Assembly: GCA_046052065.1 (NCBI GenBank)
Contig: JBJOND010000001.1
Span: forward strand, 19,194 to 83,193
Reading direction: 5' to 3'
DNA length: 64,000 bases
Source: Bacteroidota bacterium
GTDB taxonomy: Bacteria; Bacteroidota; Bacteroidia; AKYH767-A; OLB10
Shown here: piece after piece, positions 60,201 to 64,000 of the stretch
How the letters are laid out: each line of letters starts with the position of its first letter
Position numbering within the stretch: the first letter of the stretch is position 1
Position numbers and translations under genes: made by a program
The notes under the pieces: generated by a model
What the model was told of the DNA's origin: nothing
What the model saw: only the letters and a program-made list of their open reading frames with translations
Databases searched by the model: none

Positions 60201-63200
60201 TTAGCAGGTTGTCAAAATTTCGATACAGTTCGAGTAGTTGTTGGTCCTGTACCAACTGCAAATGCAGGAATAAATCAAACTTATTGTTCAGGACAAAGTG
60301 CGAGCATAGGAAGCTCTTTAACATCGGGGTATACGTATTCATGGTCACCAGCAACAGGATTAAATAGCACTACTATTTCTAATCCTACTTCAGCAGCCAC
60401 CAATTCAGGTAATTCTCCAATAACAATAACCTATTCTGTAATTGCTACATGGTTTGGATGTAAAGACACTGCAACGGTAGATGTTACTATTAAACCGGTA
60501 CCAGTATCTATTGCTGGAACTAATCAGTTATTATGTTCAGGAAACACGGTTCAACTTGGAGGCACAAGCACTAACAGTTACACCTACACGTGGACACCTG
60601 GAACGAATTTAAGTGATAGCTTGATTTCTAATCCAACATTAACCGATGTAACAACAGGACTAACACCTGATACATTATTTTATTCTGTCACAACAGAATT
60701 AAATGGTTGTACTTCTTCAGATACTGTTCAAGTTGTTCTTAGTCCTGTACCTACAGCTCAAGCAGGAAATGATATTACCTTCTGCTCAGGACAATCAGGA
60801 ACTATTGGTGACTTATCAATTTCAAATTATAATTATTCTTGGTCGCCAGCAACTGGTTTGAGCAATGCTACTAATTCTTCTACTTCAGTATCATTAACCA
60901 ATAATACTACAGCTGTTACTACAAATAACTATGTACTCACAACTAACTTATTTGGTTGTATTGATAAAGATACTGTTGCTGTAAATGTAAAACCATTGCC
61001 AGTTTCAGAAGCAGGTGCAGCAGTTTCATCGTGTGATGGCGATACAGTTGCAATCGGAACAAGCGCTACTAGCGGTTACGCATATGTATGGACACCTGCT
61101 ACAGGCTTGTCAAATAATACATCATCTACAACACAAGTTTATATCAGTAATACAGGCTCAACAGCTTCAACGGTTTACTATACAGTTACTACAACATTGA
61201 ATGGGTGTACTACATCAGACAGTGTAGCTGTAACTTCTAATCCACTTCCAATTGTAATAGCACAAGCTGCTCCTGCTGCGATTTGCTTCGGACAATCAAC
61301 TAGCATTACGGCTTCAGGTGCTTCATCTTACAATTGGGTTGAATTAGCAAATCCAGGTGTTTCAATCGGAACCGGAGCTACATTATCAATCACACCTCAA
61401 ACAAACACTACTTACGTTGTAGAAGGAACAAGTTCTGCTAACTGTATAAACTACGATACCATTACTATTACAGTTAATCCACTACCAACCGTTCAAATAC
61501 TATCATCATCTACTGACCTATGTAATGGCGATACATTAACATTAACTGCAAGTGGGGCTAACACCTATAACTGGGTTGATTTAGCTTCTGGTAATTCATT
61601 AGGAAGTGCCTCAACAATTAGTGTATTCCCTTCTGCTAATGCTAGCTATGCATTAGTTGGAACTGATGGTAACTCTTGCGTAAATTCAGATACCATTCTA
61701 GTTAATGTTAACCCTGCACCAACAATCAATGCGATAACAGGAACACTATCTGTTTGTCCAGGTGCTAGTGGCGTACAGTATTGGGTATTAAATCCCAATA
61801 CTACATCGACATATAATTGGGGCATAACAAATGGAGCGATTACCGCAGGCCAAGGCACGGATACGATCAGTATCGATTGGCCAGGAATTCAAACAGCAGC
61901 TTTCGTATCAGTTATTGAAGTAACCGATTTAGGTTGTCCTTCTGACTCAGTTCAGTTACCAATTAACATTAACGTAGTATTAGAACCAATCGCGCCTACA
62001 GGTGCAAGTACACTATGTGCGGACCTTGCGCAAGGAATTACTTACTCTACTACTAATACACCAGGCTCAGTTTATACATGGCATGCACAAGGTGGATCAA
62101 TAGTAAGCGGAGACGGCACAAGCAATGTGACTGTTGACTGGAATGTAACTGGTCCGCAGACAGTAGCTTTGTGGTATGATGAAAACAGTATTACAATTGA
62201 TACCGTTTGTGCGGGTGTTTCAGATACTTTATATGTTACTATTAATCCAATACCGGTTACAAGTACAATCACAGGAAACAATGCAATTTGTATTGGCGAC
62301 TCTGGAACATTCAGTGTTGCAAATACCGTTGGAAGTACTTACAACTGGAGTATTACAGGTGGAACAATAAATGGAACGTCAACTACAAATACAACATCAG
62401 CAACATTAACAACAGTACCAGGCGCTACTATCACTGTTCAAGAAACCAATACTTACGGTTGTATAGGAACACCTACAACATACAATGTAACAGTAAATCC
62501 GCTTCCTAACGCTGAGGCAGGTACGAACGTCACAATTTGTAATGGAACAACAACCACTTTAAATGCTAGTGGTGGCACCTCGTATGCTTGGACAAACAAT
62601 AGCACATTAGATAACTTAACGATTGCCAATCCTATTGCTAACCCTTCTGCAACTACTACCTACTACGTTTTAGTTACTGATGTAAATGGTTGTAAAAATT
62701 CTGATAGTGTAACAGTTGTAGTTAATCAATTACCAAATGTTACCGTTAGTAACAATACAGCTATTTGTATTGGCGCATCAACTCCAATAACTGCTTCGGG
62801 AGCAAGTATCTATAGTTGGTCTCCATCAACTGGATTAGATAACGCAAATATTGCCACTCCAACAGCTAATCCTACAAGCACTACTACCTATACTGTAATT
62901 GGAACTGACAACAACGGATGTTCTAATTCTAATAGCACAACAGTTACGGTTAACCCACTTCCAACAGCAGTTGTATCAAGCGGTGGAAATATTTGCAATG
63001 GAGGAAGCGTCAATTTAACGTCGAGTGGTGGTACATCATACAGCTGGACACCTTCAACAGGATTAAATAATGCAACAATTGATAACCCTATTGCATCGCC
63101 AACAACAACTACTACGTATACAGTAACTGTTACAGACGCTAATGGATGTACTGATGATGATCAAGTAACTATTAATGTTAACGACCAACCAATTGCTGCG

Positions 63201-63710
63201 TTTGCAATTGATACTGCAATAACGGTTGTAGGTTGTGAAGGAGTAGAAATTACATTGATCAACAATAGTACGTTTGCATTAAATTACGAATGGAACTTTG
63301 GTGATGGCAGTACATCTACAGATGCTAATCCTTATCACGTATTTGCATTTGGCTCATCAAACGGTATCACATTAGTAGCTTATAACAATCAATGTTCAGA
63401 TACGTTGGTTACGCCATTTAGTCCTGGTCAATTAGCTGATTACTTCAGCAATATTCCAAATATCTTTACTCCTAATAATGATGGCATCAACGATTGTTTC
63501 AATCTTGGAGAAAATACTAAGTTTGAAGATTGCAGTTCTTGGGAAATCTATAATCGTTGGGGAACTAAAGTATTTACTAGCAGTACTGCACAAACATGCT
63601 GGAATGGAAAGAAAGATAATACAGGAGAAGATCAACCAGCAGGAACTTACTTCTACATTTTAAAAGCAGGCAATGCCGATTACAAAGGAACGGTAATGCT
63701 GAATCGCTAA
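57255..63710 (+). CDS. giant repeat-rich surface protein with T9SS type B (gliding-motility-associated) C-terminal domain; SprB-like adhesin candidate
   Basis: 2151 aa with a signal peptide. About 12 or more tandem Thr/Ser-rich repeats of roughly 80 aa (…TANAGN..F.CSG…GYTYSWSPATGLS…). The C-terminus NIFTPNNDGINDCF...YFYIL matches the type B CTD. Confidence 0.8.
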   Translation: MKKLLLAVFCCIGAFLMTSQTASATHLMGGNMTYEFLGLNSGTGLYDYRVTLKIYRLCDPGSSQLPTSTSLGVYQDNPGNPALKQRVALATLNLISQQAIVPPNAGASCSFAPNVCVEEGVYQTTVSVPANTTGYYFMADRCCRNNNIDNLSNPGATGQSYYAYAPDPSIDNNSPTFAVPPVPFICANDTVSILNQAIDVDGDSLSYAFVTPFAGISSSGNPNPQAPTNYTWPIPTVNYATNFSNTTPFGLNSYAAMDPATGLGVYVSPNQGYYVVAIEISEYRNGVLIGVSRLDIQIIVITCPTNPAPAIANNQTTYTIQEGQTLCFNVGYTDPNGDSLFLTHTGDIFNSTLVNPTATLPNVSGDSVISAQFCWSTSCNQGRTTPYQFSTSATDNGCPAKVTNTVYTINVLNTQAPTVMNGPDTLCLNAATGVAYSVSSTSGYTYQWLVTNGTQISGTNTASAGVTFSNTGLATVSVVALNPFGCPSDTLRKTVFIKPQPTAAAGTDVSFCSGGSATLGTSTTSGYTYSWSPATNLSNSTLSNPVVTINNTGTTPTSTTYIVTSTLNGCTNKDTVVVTSNPFPVANAGNNTSICSGASAPLGTLSTAGYTYSWTPGSGLSNNTVSNPVFSLTNTGNTPDTLQYVVLVANGFACSTTDTVQVVVRPVPTAVAGNDLIFCSGASGTVGSSSTSGYTYSWTPSTGLTAPTGSSSTVTLTNTTTANDTVSYILTTTWFGCTAKDTAKVIVKPIPTANAGNNLFLCSGVNGQIGSISTSGYNYTWTPTTGLSNPNLSNPTVSLTNNGITTDTIFYFLNTDLAGCQNNDTVRVVVAPVPTANAGLDQTYCSGQTVTIGSATTSGYLYSWSPAAGLSTPTNSTSTVTLTNTNTANDTVSYILTTTWFGCIDKDTVKVIVKPVPTANAGNNLFLCSGVNGQIGTISTSGYAYTWTPTTGLSNPSVSNPVVSLTNNGSTTDTIFYFLNTDLAGCQNFDTVRVVVGPVPTANAGINQTYCSGQSASIGSSLTSGYTYSWSPATGLNSTTISNPTSAATNSGNSPITITYSVIATWFGCKDTATVDVTIKPVPVSIAGTNQLLCSGNTVQLGGTSTNSYTYTWTPGTNLSDSLISNPTLTDVTTGLTPDTLFYSVTTELNGCTSSDTVQVVLSPVPTAQAGNDITFCSGQSGTIGDLSISNYNYSWSPATGLSNATNSSTSVSLTNNTTAVTTNNYVLTTNLFGCIDKDTVAVNVKPLPVSEAGAAVSSCDGDTVAIGTSATSGYAYVWTPATGLSNNTSSTTQVYISNTGSTASTVYYTVTTTLNGCTTSDSVAVTSNPLPIVIAQAAPAAICFGQSTSITASGASSYNWVELANPGVSIGTGATLSITPQTNTTYVVEGTSSANCINYDTITITVNPLPTVQILSSSTDLCNGDTLTLTASGANTYNWVDLASGNSLGSASTISVFPSANASYALVGTDGNSCVNSDTILVNVNPAPTINAITGTLSVCPGASGVQYWVLNPNTTSTYNWGITNGAITAGQGTDTISIDWPGIQTAAFVSVIEVTDLGCPSDSVQLPININVVLEPIAPTGASTLCADLAQGITYSTTNTPGSVYTWHAQGGSIVSGDGTSNVTVDWNVTGPQTVALWYDENSITIDTVCAGVSDTLYVTINPIPVTSTITGNNAICIGDSGTFSVANTVGSTYNWSITGGTINGTSTTNTTSATLTTVPGATITVQETNTYGCIGTPTTYNVTVNPLPNAEAGTNVTICNGTTTTLNASGGTSYAWTNNSTLDNLTIANPIANPSATTTYYVLVTDVNGCKNSDSVTVVVNQLPNVTVSNNTAICIGASTPITASGASIYSWSPSTGLDNANIATPTANPTSTTTYTVIGTDNNGCSNSNSTTVTVNPLPTAVVSSGGNICNGGSVNLTSSGGTSYSWTPSTGLNNATIDNPIASPTTTTTYTVTVTDANGCTDDDQVTINVNDQPIAAFAIDTAITVVGCEGVEITLINNSTFALNYEWNFGDGSTSTDANPYHVFAFGSSNGITLVAYNNQCSDTLVTPFSPGQLADYFSNIPNIFTPNNDGINDCFNLGENTKFEDCSSWEIYNRWGTKVFTSSTAQTCWNGKKDNTGEDQPAGTYFYILKAGNADYKGTVMLNR
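59400..60398 (+). repeat. recent intragenic tandem duplication (2 x 498 bp, about 90% identical) inside the adhesin gene
   Basis: ACAAACACAACTACGGCTAATGATACCGTTAGTTATATCTTAAC... at about 59403 recurs at about 59901. The long identical runs include TTTTCTATTTTTTAAATACTGATTTAGCAGGTTGTCA. Confidence 0.75.
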
Positions 63711-63728
63711 TAATTTATAACTAATTGA

Positions 63729-63758
63729 AACGGAGCCCAAAAAGCTCCGTTTTTTTTT
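63729..63758 (+). terminator. rho-independent terminator after the adhesin gene
   Basis: Stem ACGGAGC/GCTCCGT followed by a 9-T run. Confidence 0.6.
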
Positions 63759-63830
63759 AACCTTTTTTATTTGATTTCGTAGAACGTCCGAATTGAAAGA
63801 GTGAAATACACTTTCAAAAGGATAAAAGCT

Positions 63831-64000
63831 ATGAATAAATTTAAATCACGAACCTTCAGAATGATCGATAAAAAAATCGAAAGTTCTTTTTTTATTGTTT
63901 TAGCGGTCGCTATTCTCAGCGTATTTATTAGCTATTATGTTATCAAAACTAATCAGGATAAAACAGCGGAATTAATCAACAAAACAAATCCAACGCTTTT
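63831..64000 (+). CDS. hypothetical membrane protein, 5' part only (continues past the window end)
   Basis: ATG at 63831 gives MNKFKSRTFRMIDKKIESSFFIVLAVAILSVF..., with one TM segment visible. Not in the ORF track because it is truncated by the window. Confidence 0.3.
   Translation, partial: MNKFKSRTFRMIDKKIESSFFIVLAVAILSVFISYYVIKTNQDKTAELINKTNPTL

Noticed and set aside
58000-63700. Multiple 60-75-aa ORFs on both strands within the adhesin gene (for example 59032-59259, 61646-61858, 62072-62509)
   Set aside because: Products of the repetitive Thr/Ser-codon-rich sequence in alternative frames. Fully contained in the 2151-aa CDS.
1-64000. Searched for integrase, transposase, restriction-modification, toxin-antitoxin, Cas, ATPase-nuclease defence pairs and rRNA
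   Set aside because: No ORF shows the corresponding motifs (no R-H-R-Y integrase tetrad context, no DDE, no Walker A/B plus nuclease pair). The att-like scars therefore have no resident recombinase in this window.

Overview
This 64-kb window looks like core chromosome of an AT-rich Bacteroidota genome of the T9SS/gliding-motility type. It carries SprA, a PorZ-like propeller protein, several proteins with type A T9SS C-terminal domains, and one 2151-aa protein with a type B (gliding-motility-associated) C-terminal domain. Bacteroidetes-style TAnnTTTG -7 boxes sit in front of several genes. I call about 55 protein genes and 4 tRNAs (Leu-CAA, Arg-CCG, Ser-GGA, Cys-GCA). Most genes are housekeeping: aspS, pth, rplY, prs, hflX, ruvA, gcvH, maeB, ansA, a tatD-family gene, an M1 aminopeptidase, an acyl-CoA dehydrogenase, TonB and a rhomboid protease. 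I see no CRISPR array, transposase, integrase, restriction or toxin-antitoxin operon, and no canonical defence island. The structures most worth a second look are listed in the findings. (1) The tRNA-Arg locus: three tandem 168-bp repeats each begin with a 19-nt copy of the tRNA 3' end, and nested 5' tRNA-Arg fragments lie upstream. (2) The tRNA-Ser locus shows the same pattern: a 17-nt copy of the tRNA 3' end lies 240 bp downstream, flanked by two ~95-bp direct repeats. (3) A single-gene islet (a degenerate class-A beta-lactamase-like serine hydrolase) sits between tRNA-Leu and tRNA-Arg. (4) An outer-membrane thiol-redox cluster holds two Omp28-like CxxC proteins, a TlpA thioredoxin and a predicted beta-barrel. 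(5) The 2151-aa adhesin carries a recent 498-bp in-frame tandem duplication. I consistently read some positions 1-3 nt off the ORF track, so my own coordinates may be off by 1-3 nt. I follow the ORF track frames and only moved starts where an internal ATG clearly fits better or where the track start is a TTG.
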